Shown: piece after piece, positions 25,491 to 37,906 of the stretch | Position numbering within the stretch: the first letter of the stretch is position 1 | Layout: each line of letters begins with the position of its first letter | DNA from: Octopus sinensis | Taxonomy: Eukaryota | Length of the DNA stretch: 64,000 nucleotides | Direction: 5' to 3' | Assembly: GCF_006345805.1 (NCBI RefSeq) | Contig: NC_043006.1 | Location: 61,690,001 to 61,754,000, forward strand | Notes under the pieces: generated by a model | What the model was told of the DNA's origin: nothing | Database searches by the model: none | Seen by the model: only the letters and a program-made list of their open reading frames with translations | Made by a program: the position numbers and the translations under genes

Positions 25491-26365
25491 GGCAGCTCGA
25501 TTAATTAATTTTCTTTCACTAAACACTTTGAAACTTCGTATACTGGTAGAATGTGTCATATAGAACATCTTTTACTCTTAGCGTTGTGGAGAAAAGTTTC
25601 TATTTACGAAGTTATTTCTTGTTAAATTTGTCGTATTTCGGTAATTTCAACCAATGACGTGTATTCATCTGAATAAAATTACTGATGTTGTTTGTCAACA
25701 ACAGCTATCGGCGGTGTATGTTTCGTTTGTCGCTGTTATTTATAATATCATTCGTGCATTAGTACTGGTTTTAGATTTAGGGATTTTGGGTTAGGGTTAC
25801 GGAAAAAAGTGAAAAAGGAATAATCTGGGGGGGGGGGTAGAGGAGGATTTCAAAATTCCGATTTTTTGCAATTTTCCGGAATCACCGTATCTGAAAAGCT
25901 AGCTCTTTGGCAAACATAATTTAAAACAAAAACAATCAGTTGCGAGAAAATGTGGTGGGAAGAAAGTCTTTCCGAAAATAGTGGCTGAAAAACAGAAAAA
26001 AAAACCCCTAAATACAGTAGAAATGCACAAACGATTATGTTGGTGTCATGAACTAAGCGTGCTTCAGATACACTCTTTTATTCATACGAAGTAACTGAGA
26101 TGAAATATGCCATAAATAGCAGTGACAGACGAAATATACACCGCCGGAAGTTGTTGTTGACGAACAACAGCAGTAATTTTATTCAGATGAATACACGTCA
26201 GTGATTGGTTAAAATTACCGAAATACAACTTTTACACGAAATAACTTCATAAATAGAAACTTTTCTCAACAAGGCTAAGAGTAAAAGGTGTTGTGTATGA
26301 CACATTCTACCAGTATCCGAAGTTTCAAAGTGTTTAGTTACAGAAAATTAATTAATCGAGTTGCC
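25491..26365. mobile_element. Non-autonomous DNA transposon / foldback MITE with about 250-bp TIRs
   Basis: GGCAGCTCGATTAATTAATTTTCT..AGAAAATTAATTAATCGAGTTGCC; arms about 25491-25745 and 26110-26365 align as reverse complements; no TSD seen. Confidence 0.9.
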
Positions 26366-26924
26366 GATTTATATAGTTTATGCACATCTGCTAAAAATGA
26401 TCATAGATACAATTTCATATATTAATTGAAACACCTTAATTGTGATTACCATAGAGAACAAAGTGAAAAATATTTTTCTTTTCAAGAGGGCACTAAATAA
26501 TACCATATATAAGATCAACAAAAGCATATAGTGAGAATGTAAAACTGAAAACAAATTCTTTATGTCCAGGAAGCCAATTTCCCACAGTCGTTGAAACCAG
26601 AAACCATTTCCCCAATATGGAATTACAAATTCACTAACTCTTACGATGTAATCGCGAAAGGTAATTATTTGAAAAGATATTTTAATCTTGTACAAGAGCA
26701 GAAACCAAGAACACTAATTTGAATGAACCTATAATCTTGTATTTCGTTTAATACCGCTAAATCATTCTTGTACAGAGATATGGTTAATCCTATAATTGAT
26801 AAAATTGCATTTTATGTTCCATGAAATATGAAATAAAGAATTTAGTTCCTGCATATACTTACCACTGAATTTACCAATTTTGATTAAACTGCACATACGG
26901 TTATTAAGTAATCCAACTGCCTTG

Positions 26925-27245
26925 TATTGCTGAGTGGTGAAAAAATTCGCTTCCCAACGAGGTGGCCAAGGTTTCATTCTCACTACCCGGCACATTGGAA
27001 TAGTCACTTTTTACTCCATACCCGGGCCGACTAAAGTAAGTACATTTGTAAGTGCATTGTAAGTACATTTGGTAGACGATATCTTTGAAGAATCACATCA
27101 TACGTGTTTGTGTGTGTGTGTGTGTGTGTGTGTTTGTGAGTATTTTGTGCAGGAATTTGTGTATATCTCAACAATATTTACCAAACGATTTTGGCGTTTG
27201 TATGTACCCTTATGTACCCATTAGTTAGCGGTTCAACAAAAGAAA
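26925..27245 (+). mobile_element. SINE family B, heavily decayed
   Basis: gcttcccaac..cgggccgactaaag..tttggtagacg..(GT)n..ttagcggttc. Confidence 0.65.
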
Positions 27246-27526
27246 CCAAAGAAGAAATATTTATAATTAAGTGTTTCATCGACTGAATGAAATTTCAAGG
27301 CCGATTCTTCGGTTTGGCTCTACACCAATGTCGGAAACTAGTAAAAGATGTTTAAAAATGAAGTTCGACAAGTTACATGAAATGTAGAAATTTAGGCACC
27401 TGCATATCATAAGGACTATATGAGCGATTGAAACTATCGATTTTGTAAACACAGTTGTTGAGGGTAATACCAAATGCCTCGCATATTAACAGAGAGTTAT
27501 AATAATTAATATTTTTAATATGCCTA

Positions 27527-27830
27527 AGGCGGTGAGGTGGTTGAATCGTTAGCACGCCGAACAAAATCTTAGCAGGACGCTAAGTGGAATGCTTAGCAGC
27601 ACGCGGCATGACATCCTTAGCAACACGCCGAGCAAAATGCTTGGCAGCATGCTGAACGAAGCACTTAGCAGCATTTCGTCTGTCTTTATGTTCTGAGTCC
27701 GAATTCTGCCGAAGTCGACTTTGCCTTTCATCCTCTCGGGGTCGATAAAATAAGTACCAGTTGGGGTCGATATAATTGACGTAACTCCTTCCCCAAAATT
27801 TCTGGTCTTCTACGAAATTTGAAAGCAATA
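27527..27830 (+). mobile_element. SINE family A with an internally amplified head
   Basis: ggcggtgaggtggttgaatcgttagcacgcc, 5-6 degenerate ttagca.. units, then the normal body. Confidence 0.9.
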
Positions 27831-27896
27831 TTTTAAATATTCATGAAGAATTTTGTCAAATAAAACTATTATTTTTTGTGTAGTACTACTGGTATG

Positions 27897-28110
27897 TAAG
27901 GCAGCGAGCTAGCAGAAGTGTTAGCACGCCGGGCGAAATGCTTACGGTATTTCGTGTGTCTTTAAATTCTGAGTTCAAATTCCGTCGAAGTTGACTTGCC
28001 TTTCATCCTTTCGTAGTCGATAAATTAAGTACCAGTTGCGTACTGGGGTTGATCTAATTGACTAGCAGCCTCCTCCAAAATTTCAGGCCTCGTTTCTACA
28101 GTAGAAAATA
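27897..28110 (+). mobile_element. SINE family A, near complete
   Basis: ggcagcgagctagcagaagtgttagcacgccgggcgaaatgc..gagttcaaattccgtcgaag..aagtaccagttgcgtactgggg. Confidence 0.92.
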
Positions 28111-28884
28111 TTTCTACTGATATGTTTTTATTAAATTACCTTACTTGAAAAGTGTACCTTTTTTTCTGCGGAATTAATGTAGCGTAATTTATTTACACTT
28201 TAGTAGGATATCAATAGTTCCAAAATTTTCATTTTAATACTGAAATTCGGACAGATTTTTGTTTACTTTTTGAATTCTTACACGTACTCAACCAAAGCTG
28301 TAGCGCATTTTTTTCAAAGATACGTTCAGAGATAAATCATTATTGAGGTGCAATGTACTTCAAATATGAATTTAATTACTTGAACCAGTTCGTACAGTTA
28401 CACATCTACAAACATCAAAATTTCACACTTGTATATATTCAAAGAAACAAGCGGACAATCCGAAACTTATCTACTCAGTAACAATGCTACGTTAGTTATC
28501 AGTATAGGTGTGGTAGCGAAATACAAACTTGGAATTTTCATCAATTCTATCGCCAGGTATGTGTTCAAAAAATTTTATATATATATAAACGTACATAGCT
28601 ATGTACATACATGTTTAAAGACAAGGTGGTAAAAACATCTAAGTAGAAATATGTACCATATTCTTGCTTTATTTTACGTGTTTCGGACTACGATTAGACT
28701 GGAGTTTTGTGTTTATGGCTTTAGTCAAAGAAATCGAAACTATATTTTACTTATACGTTATATCGGTTTTCAAGCAGTTGGGGATCAAACACAAGTAAAT
28801 ACGCGCGCAAACACACATGAGCACACACACAAACATACATACCCATACACACTCAAACACACACACATACACACATATATAAAT

Positions 28885-29020
28885 ACGAGGGGATTCTTTC
28901 TGCTTCCGTCTACCAAACGCATTCACAACGCTTTGGTCGGCCCGAAGATATATTAGAAGACACTTCCGCAAATTGCCATACAATGGGACTGCACCTAGGA
29001 CCATGAGATTGGAAAGCCAC
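28885..29020 (-). mobile_element. SINE family B, 5' half
   Basis: ttccgtctaccaaa..ctttggtcggccc..agaagacactt..gggactg is the reverse complement of the family B head. Confidence 0.8.
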
Positions 29021-29374
29021 ACTTGCATCTATATAAATATACATATATGTATCAGTGTGTGTGTATTTCAAGATATTAAATAGAAATGACACAACAAACG
29101 GGAACATTTAACAAAAAGAGTAAACGACAAATTTCAAAAAAAAAAAACAAGTAAATGAGATTCAGAGAATCTTGTGGCTATCACAGAACATTCTTCTCAT
29201 GAACTTGACCATCAGACCATATAATAATCCAATTAAGAGAAGTGTAATGCAGAGTGCCTATGCTGTTGAAATAGCGAAGTTTCAATCAATGAAATTATTT
29301 CATGAAGAGTACATAAACTCTAAGTTTGGAAGTATGAGCGATACATATATGTATTCGCACAAACAAAAATATAT

Positions 29375-29409
29375 ACACACACACACATACATATATATGT
29401 ATATATATA

Positions 29410-29491
<82 letters not shown>

Positions 29492-29492
29492 G
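29375..29492. repeat. (CA)n/(TA)n microsatellite
   Basis: Directly visible. Confidence 0.95.
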
Positions 29493-29644
29493 CACAGGTT
29501 AAATTAAATGAGACAACAAAGCCACGGCAGTGTAAAATTTCTAGGATATTTTATAAAGAGTTGGGTAGACTTACAGCAGTTTCAGGGATATAGAGGATTT
29601 CCCATCGTCAGAGGCAATATGAGAAAGTTAAATAGAAGGAAATA

Positions 29645-32600
29645 ATAGAGTCCAATATAAGATGTTATTTTGAAAAGTATAAAGGGAGGTATAGGAATAT
29701 AAGAAGTATAAGAGGTATAAAGAAGTATAATGGGAGGTATAGGAATAAATATATAGATATATGTTGGATGTTAATATTGTTCTTCCCTTATCCAGGGAAT
29801 GTCTTATGTAGAATGGGTAAAAAAGCTTCCTGCCCATGGTATGTAAGTTCCGATAGGAAGTCATATTTTGTTATTACAATTGGAACTTACATACCATGGA
29901 TAAGAAGCATTTTTATCCATTCTATACAACACATTCCTTGGTTAATGGAAAAGCAGATTTGACATCCAGCATAAATATTTATTATTATTCTTATATTTCC
30001 CTTTATGATTCGTATATGTCCCCCATTCCAAAATAACTTCTTATATTGGATTCTACTATAAGGTTCTATGCATAGATATATAAATACTTTGATAGATACA
30101 CATTTGAAAAATGGTTGTGTTTCATTGGTTCTTTCAAATAACATTTTGTAATAAACGGTGGTATGAAATAACAATTACAAATCATATTATTATAAAAATC
30201 GAATGAAACCTTAAGTCAAAAGTAGCTTATGTAGAACGGAAAAACCTGAATACCCAGGGTAAATAATTAGTGGTAAAAATAAGAAAAAAATGAAATCAGT
30301 TAAAAGATATATACGTTTAAAAAACTTTCACAAAGTACTAATATCCTAAAATACATATACATTTAGCAACACATACACATACCAAAAACCTATATATGAA
30401 TAAATACACTAAACATACAGGCGTTGGTACATGGCTACATAAATATACAGACAAACAAATGCAAAAGAAAAATATATAAAAATGCATATATATGTATCCA
30501 CACACACCAACACACGCGCATAATACCTCCTAGTTTGTACTTTTTCAATTTAGTTGTTACAGCAGAGAAAGAAAACAAAAGGAAAATCAGAGAATAACAA
30601 CAGGTGGGAGAAAGAAAAAAGGAAAAGAAGTAAAAAAAAAAGAAAGGGAAAAGAAAGAGAAAATCAGAAAGAGATAGGGAAAATAGATAAATGTAGAGAT
30701 AGAGGTAGTTAGGAATATAGGAAGCCGCACATCATCCATATCTTCAGATGAGACAGCATTTCAAAATACCGTACCGTAGATATTCTCGGATAAAGTTTAG
30801 TATAGTGAAACTAATTCTAACTCTAACAGACCACGTAAAACAAGAAGTAGGAAAGTTTTGTTGTTTAATTCGGCATTCAAAATTGCCGTAAAAAATAATA
30901 CAGGTAAGGAATTCTTAAAATAGGTTTTCTAAACATTTTCAATCTAGCCATACGATCTATAGCATTTTTAACAGGAAAAAACTAAAGTTAGCTGTTCTTA
31001 ATGCAAAAACTTCGCCTCTTTTATTAATCAGCATAACGCAAAAATCATTATAAACAACCACAGTGCCAAATTTAATCTGAGGAACCACAATTTCAAAGAT
31101 AAGACTTGCTGTCCGTTAGAAAGTAAATGTCTTGAAAAGGGAATTGTTTATGGAGCTAAAGTGCAAATAGATGGCTCACAAGAATATCAAATTTACACAG
31201 AGGCGTCGGAAAATGCATTCAAGACTCGGTTTTATTCTCATCGAAATTTTTTCCGATACCCCGAGAATAGGACAGCCACAAGTCTGGCAATTGAAGTAGA
31301 ATGACAAGGCACCACAATACAAAGATGGAGCTTATAGAAGACTTATGAAATCTTTGATTCTCAGAAAAGTTCTCCATACCAGAGACGTGAGCTCTGAAGT
31401 TCCTGTAGGCAGGATGCGAGGTTTATAATGCCAACTGAAAAAATATTGTATGGTTAATTTCTTTTTTTTTATTTTTTAACTTTTGTAAATATTTTTTGAC
31501 TTCCGGAAAATCTTGACTCTAGCTTTTAAATTTGTCTTTACAACCTATACATAGTTATTTTTGTATTACAAAGCTAGTACATATTTCGACTTCACATTTT
31601 ATATTTTATATCCGACTTGTCAGAAAGCCTTCGACTGTTTTACAAATTTAAACTTAAGTTTCGCCGGGGATTATTTTTTACTCATTTTTTTTATGCATTC
31701 AAATTTCATATTTTAAATTTATTTATTTATTTTATATTACATTTAATTATGATATATTGATTTATTGTTCAATTTCCTTATTTTAATATACCAGACAGTT
31801 TTTATGATATGGTTGTATGCGTATTTGCGTTATGGTGTAAATATTTGAATTGATGTGAAGATATGTCTGTATATATGATTGATTGATTGATTAATTCTAG
31901 TTTCAGCTTATGAGCTGTGGCCATGCTGGGGCACCGGCAATTGGTGTTGCTACTTGGCTTCACTTCATGAAAGCTTTCTAGCAACTGCCATTTGGTGCAT
32001 GAGAGAGTTCGATGCAGCTGCCCTCATCTGCCCCTCCTGCCGTGAAGTTGGTTCATCTGGGACACCTGACAGGAAGAGATCCAGCTTCATTTTAAAGACA
32101 TCTGCATCCACCCCATGCAGGTCTCTCAAGTTCTTCGGGAGGATATTCAGGAGCTGTGGACCTCGGAAGCCCAGGCTATCACAGAATCTTGTCCTACATC
32201 TTGATGGCAAGTTCGGAGTCCTAGGCACCACGCAGTGACGCCCAGTTCTGGCATTTGCGTAACTCTCGATGCCAAAGTTCAGGACACGTCCCTCCAGGAT
32301 CTTCCAGATGTATATTATGGCATATCTTTCCCGCCTACGCTCCAGGGAATATAGTTTTAATCTCTTGAGTCTTTCCCAGTAGCTTACATTCTGCATAGAG
32401 GCTATCTTCTTCGCGTAGCTATGTTGGATCGCCTCGAGCTCTGTGATCAACTTGACACTGGATGGTGACCATAGCTGAGAGCAGTAGTCAAAGTGGCTTA
32501 GGACAAGTGTCCTCCAGAGGACCATCATGGTTTCTTGTTCTCTTGTTCTAAAGGTTCTGAGGATCCATCCGGCCAGTCGTCTACATTTCATTGCCAATTT

Positions 32601-33810
32601 AGCAACATGTACACGAAAGGTCGCGTCATCACTCATGTAAATACCTAGGTCACGCACTGATTGTGCCTCTGGGATTGCTATTCCTCCGGGTCCAGTGTAT
32701 TCATTGGGTATTGCATTTAGTTTTGCATGCTGAAAGTATAGAGCTTCAAACTTTTCAGCATTGAACTGCATGCTATTCTTTTCGGCCCACTTGTATATTT
32801 TGTCTAGCTCACATTGCAGGTGTTTAGTGTCCTCCGGGTTCTGTATTGCCTGTGAAACTTTTGTATCATCTGCATAACTTGTGATCGTGGCTCTCTGCGT
32901 GGCTGAGGGCATGTCTGAGAGGGCCATTATGAACAGTAGTGGTCCCAGAACAGTGCCCTGTTTTATATATTTATATATATTTACGTATATATTTTGTTGT
33001 ATTTTTGTATGCGTGTTTATATGTGTGTGTATTTATATGTATGTTTGTATTCATGCATTTATGCATGTCGTTTTATATGTGTGCGTTTACAAACTGAACA
33101 TGGTATCTAACATTTGTTAGATACTTTTTAGGAACGCCTGTTTCCAAATCACTTTACTCTCTACCCTTGTCTATTTCCTCTTTGTCTTTTTCACTTTCTG
33201 TTTCGTTTTTCATTTTTCTTTTTCTTCTATCCACCGATTTACTATTTGTTTTCTTTTTCTTACCTGTAACAACTAAGATGTATAAGCATACACCAGGAGG
33301 TATTATGCACGTGTGTTTGTGTGCGTGGATACATATATATATGCCTTTGTACATATTTATGTTTTGCCTATATTTGTCTATGTATGCATGTAGCCATATA
33401 CCAACACCTGTATGTTTAGTGTAAAGAAGTATATATAGGTTGCATGGTGCGTGAATGTATTGCTAAATGTATATGTATTTTAGGATATTACTATTTTGTG
33501 AAAGTTTTTGTAACTGATATATCTTTTAATTCATTTCAATTTCTTATTATTTTTACCACTAATTATATATCCTGGATTTGTCGTTCTACATAAGCTATTT
33601 TTGACTTAAGATTTCATTCGATTTTTATGATAATATGATTTAAATTGTAATTTCATACAACCGGTTATTGAAAGAACCAATGAAACAAAACCATTTTCAA
33701 ATGTGTATCAAAGTAATTGTGTATTTATGAGTATAACTGTATTGTGTTCTATTCTAAACAAAACTGTCCGACGAACGAGAACGTGAATCTCTGAATAACT
33801 GTCGCTGTGA
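29645..33810 (+). mobile_element. Composite Penelope-like insertion: inverted terminal repeat, RT C-terminus/GIY-YIG remnant (30710-31310), 3' region, direct terminal repeat ending in a hammerhead-like motif
   Basis: SRTSSISSDETAF, SRKVLLFN, KTCCPLESKCLEKGIVYGAKV..IYTEASENAFKTRFYSH; 30085-30690 is an imperfect inverted copy of 33130-33712. Confidence 0.72.
31876..32960 (-). mobile_element. Young 5'-truncated L2/CR1-group LINE, open 320-aa RT C-terminus, (AATC)n tail
   Basis: GTVLGPLLF, ITSYADDTK, VRDLGI, LSHFDYCSQLWSP, LYSLERRRERY, FKMKLDLFLSGVPD; no stops across 31965-32927. Confidence 0.96.
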
Positions 33811-33839
33811 TATCTTTGCTGCTTTATAAAATAAATTTT

Positions 33840-33904
<65 letters not shown>

Positions 33905-33919
33905 AACCGCTTACGTGCA

Positions 33920-34779
33920 GTGTGAGACAGGGACGTTGTAGTAGAGGCTTCACCGCGCGAAGCCACTTGATGCAACTTTCTGGCATCAGTCTGCCAACTG
34001 GCCGTGTTACATAACGTCGTACGGCCAAGTGGTGCGTCTTTGTTTGGCAGTGCCTCTCTCCAGTTCCTCGATTTGTGCGAGGGCTTCGAAAATGTAACAG
34101 CTTTTTCCGTGTAATTCTGTTTTCCGCTGGGGAAAACGGCGGCTGAAACCGTTGCCATGCTTCAAACAACTGAGAAGGCCGCTACCATGAGCAAAATACA
34201 AGTTTACAATTGTTTTTTTCCCCTTTAGGAATGATCACATGTCGCTTGGTGACCAAGCTCATTCAGGCCAACTAATGAAAACATCATGAAAATTCAAGAA
34301 ATGATCGTTTGAAGACCATTTTCAAAATACTGACAATCTTGTTGATATGATTAGCGTGTCTTGGAGCTACAGCCAACGAAATTTCAGATAGGGATTTCGA
34401 AGGAAAAGAGTTGCAGCAAACTTTGTGACTCGCTTGCTCATGGAAGATTAAAAACAGTCAAAACTGAATGTATGTAGTGGACTGAAAGAACATGTGGAAG
34501 GTGATAAGAACCTTCTGTCGAAGGTGATCACAAGTAATGGGAACTGGTATTACGGAATTTGCACATGCCGAAGAGATGAAGAAAAAACTCATCGACGGAG
34601 GCGTTACAAAGTATCACTTCCCTGGAGCTCCAGGGCTGATTCGGTCAGTGGAAAACGTATCTGGACTCATGCATTACTTCAAATAGAGAATAATTTGAAT
34701 ACGATGAAAGTGTATACATGTGAAACGAAGTGAATAAAATAATATAGCAACCTTCCAGTTTCTTTTGGGTCCCCTGCTA
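33920..34779 (+). mobile_element. mariner-type transposon remnant (deleted, non-autonomous)
   Basis: FCFPLGKTAAETVAML..MSKIQVY, RVAANFVTRLL, LLSKVITSNGNWYYG; right TIR ttccagtttcttttgggtcccctgcTA. Confidence 0.85.
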
Positions 34780-34795
34780 TATAAGTATATATGTA

Positions 34796-34830
<35 letters not shown>

Positions 34831-35479
34831 AATGTATGTTTATTTTTTCAATGCGTACAAATAACAAGGAGAAAATAAATAAAGTGTTACCAGGGTAGCA
34901 GAATTTCACGTAAGTGCAAAGGATATTACAGCCTACTTAATATCAAACGAAATATTTTTGTAAAACATAGATAAATTTAGAAATGGAGTGAAATGCAGGT
35001 GTTATTCAACTCTTTATACTTCCGACATATATTCCGAACGAAACATTAATATTATTCCGGGGGAAATAAATGATATAAAACATTGGAATCATCTCGCCAA
35101 GGTGAAAAAAAAGAGAAACAAAACACATTAATAAGCCATTTTAGCCGAATGTTATTACACCGCCCCCACCACATATATATATATATATAAGTATATATAT
35201 TCTATTCCCTCCGGAATAATACCAATTGTTTTGTTCGAGACATATTTCGGAAGATTTGAATAGCGCCAGCGTTTGACTCCATTTCTTTATATATATATAT
35301 ATATAACAACAAAACACGTATCTTTTTTTCCCGAATTCTTTTGTTGTCGAATTTATCATACAAACGTGACAATTGTTTCTATTGTGTTGACCTATTTAGA
35401 TATAGAATATATAATTGACATTAATATTTCGGAAAATACATATTAATACAACGTTTTCAAGGCGACCAAACTTTGTTAA

Positions 35480-37572
35480 TTTGGAATCTGAAGACACTGT
35501 ACTAGTATGGCACACTGGTGCAGCCGTTTGAAGAAGTGGAAATACATCACATGGACATTCTCGGAATTAGCGAAATGGGATGGAACGGCAGTGGACGGTT
35601 GGTCAGTGACGGCAGGACCGTTATCTTCTCGGGCCACGAATTGGAACACAGACAAGGGTTCGGCATCCTCATGTCCAAAACGGCAGCTGGAGCGTTCATC
35701 AGATGGAAATCTGCCAGCATCGTGTCATCATCACCCGATTTCAAACGCGGTTGTTCAAGATCACCCTCATCCAGGCCGATAAAGACGTATTTTACGACCA
35801 ACTACAGGACGACCTGGGCGACGCACATCTTCACGACTTGGTCGTGACGATGGCGCTTAATTGGCGACTTCAACGCCCAAATCCCCAGAAACCAATAAGG
35901 GTATGAGCCCGTAATTGGCCCAAACGATACGGCGAATGATACTGGCAGCAACGGCGAACGGTCGGTCTCGTTCTGTTCAACGAATGAGTTGATGATCGAA
36001 AACATTTACTTTGAACAAAAACGTGGTGATCACTGGATGGTCGGATCTTTAACGAGGCCGACTACGTCTATATTAGTAAGCGGTGGAGATCGATCCTGTC
36101 GGACGTGCCAACGGGCCGGGAATCATATGTCGGCTTCGATTGAGGTGCTTTGCCGCTCGTTCAGAGTCACCTTGTCTCTTTGCAGTGGAGAATTTTAAAG
36201 ACCGAAGGACAATCGATCAATTCCAGTTGGAACTGAGAAACCGATTCTGAACTCTCGCAGACGTGGTCGAGGTTAACCTCGACGGCTGCTTTAGGAGGTG
36301 CAAGGAGTGAATTATCGAAAGTGCCGAGATATTATCGGCAAACTCCGTGGTGCGTACAAGGAGCGTTGATCCAAGATCCAATGGGGATCCTGATCGATGC
36401 GAGCCGAAAGTTTAAAATACAAGGAGACCTGGCGCAAACGGACAAAGCCCAACAGGAAGCATCAGAGACGTATCGGACACTGGATCGAAGAGTGAAGAAA
36501 AGTACTTGGAAAGACAAGCGGGATTACTTGGAAGAAAGGAGCCAGGTGACGCAGCAGGCGGCACATCGAAATGATACGAAGATTTATACCATACCGTACA
36601 TGACATTATCGAAATGAGAAGAGGACAAGAAGTTCTTGCCAATGACAAGCACGGTTAGGCATTATTGACGGTCGAAGATGAAGCGAGAAGACGATTCAAA
36701 CAATGCATTCTTCCCCCTTCTACTTCAACTTCGTTATGCACGGGGCGATGTGCCAACGCGAATTTGGGATTCTGTGGTGTGGTTCGGGCGCCCGACTAAC
36801 CTCGACTTCGCAGATGACATCGCGCACCTCTGGGCGACGAAGAATGTTATTCGCACAAGGACCGAGAAAATGGAACAGGAAGCGGTCCAGATCAGACTCC
36901 GTATAAGTGCAAACAGGGCGAAGATCATGATGATTGGATATGTCGATGGGAATAACAATGGCGTCCCCTTGATGATTGGACAACATCAAATCGAGGAAGT
37001 TCATGAGTTCACCTATTTGGCCATCATCATGGCATCGAGGGTGACGTGGAATGCGACATCGCTGCTGGGTTAGGAAGTCCTCGGTTGTCTTTCAAAGACG
37101 CAAACTACAGTGCGCCTCTTCAACAGCATCGTCACACCATCAGCAATATACGCGGCGGAAACGTTGAAGACATCGGTAAGCATTCCACAAAGGCTCGATG
37201 TATTTCAGCTACGATACGTCCGGTGGATACTACGCATATCATACCAGGACCACATCGCCAACGACGGGATACATCACCGAAAATATACCCGTTCACTTCA
37301 TCACGCTCTCACTGAGTACCGCTTGCAATTCTCTCAGGCCATGTCCTCCGACTACCATCGTCGCTGCAGCCGAAAACCACCATTTTGTGGAAGCCACCGC
37401 ATGACAAGAGAAAATATGGCCCACTAAAATCAACTTGGCGCTGCACCTTCATCGATGACGTCAACGCCTTTCACATTTCAGGGGATGAAGCTGAAATTGC
37501 TGCGGCCGACTGACAACGTTGGAGACGCCTTGCCGCCCAGTGCACCAGACGGCGCAGGAGGACTTAAGAATG
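35480..37572 (+). mobile_element. Decayed RTE-clade LINE (APE endonuclease plus RT), internally deleted, (TATC)n/(TA)n tail
   Basis: DILGISEMGWNGSG, DKDVFYDQLQ, GDFNAQI, SPFYFNFV, LDFADDIAHL, VHEFTYL, RLFNSIVTPSAIYAAET. Confidence 0.92.
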
Positions 37573-37585
37573 ATATGTCTCTATC

Positions 37586-37617
<32 letters not shown>

Positions 37618-37618
37618 C

Positions 37619-37659
<41 letters not shown>

Positions 37660-37830
37660 AATTTGCACCTGGGCTTACCCACAGATTCCGTCAAAAGCTT
37701 CAGCGTCAATTCATTTTTCGGCGAAGAGATATTGTAGAAGATAATTCCTAGGTTGTTACAAAATGAGATGGAACCAAAATCATATACTAGGGAACTGAAC
37801 TTCTTAAGCGCTCATCAATGCCTACTACAA
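37660..37830 (-). mobile_element. Probable decayed SINE family B head
   Basis: ttccgtcaaaagcttc..agaagataattcctagg..gatggaacc resembles the reverse-complemented family B head. Confidence 0.45.
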
Positions 37831-37865
37831 CATCTGCATTACCAAAAATAAAATAAAAAACACAG

Positions 37866-37906
<41 letters not shown>

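Noticed and set aside
25775-25802. Telomere-like TTAGGG repeats
   Set aside because: Only about two degenerate units inside a MITE core
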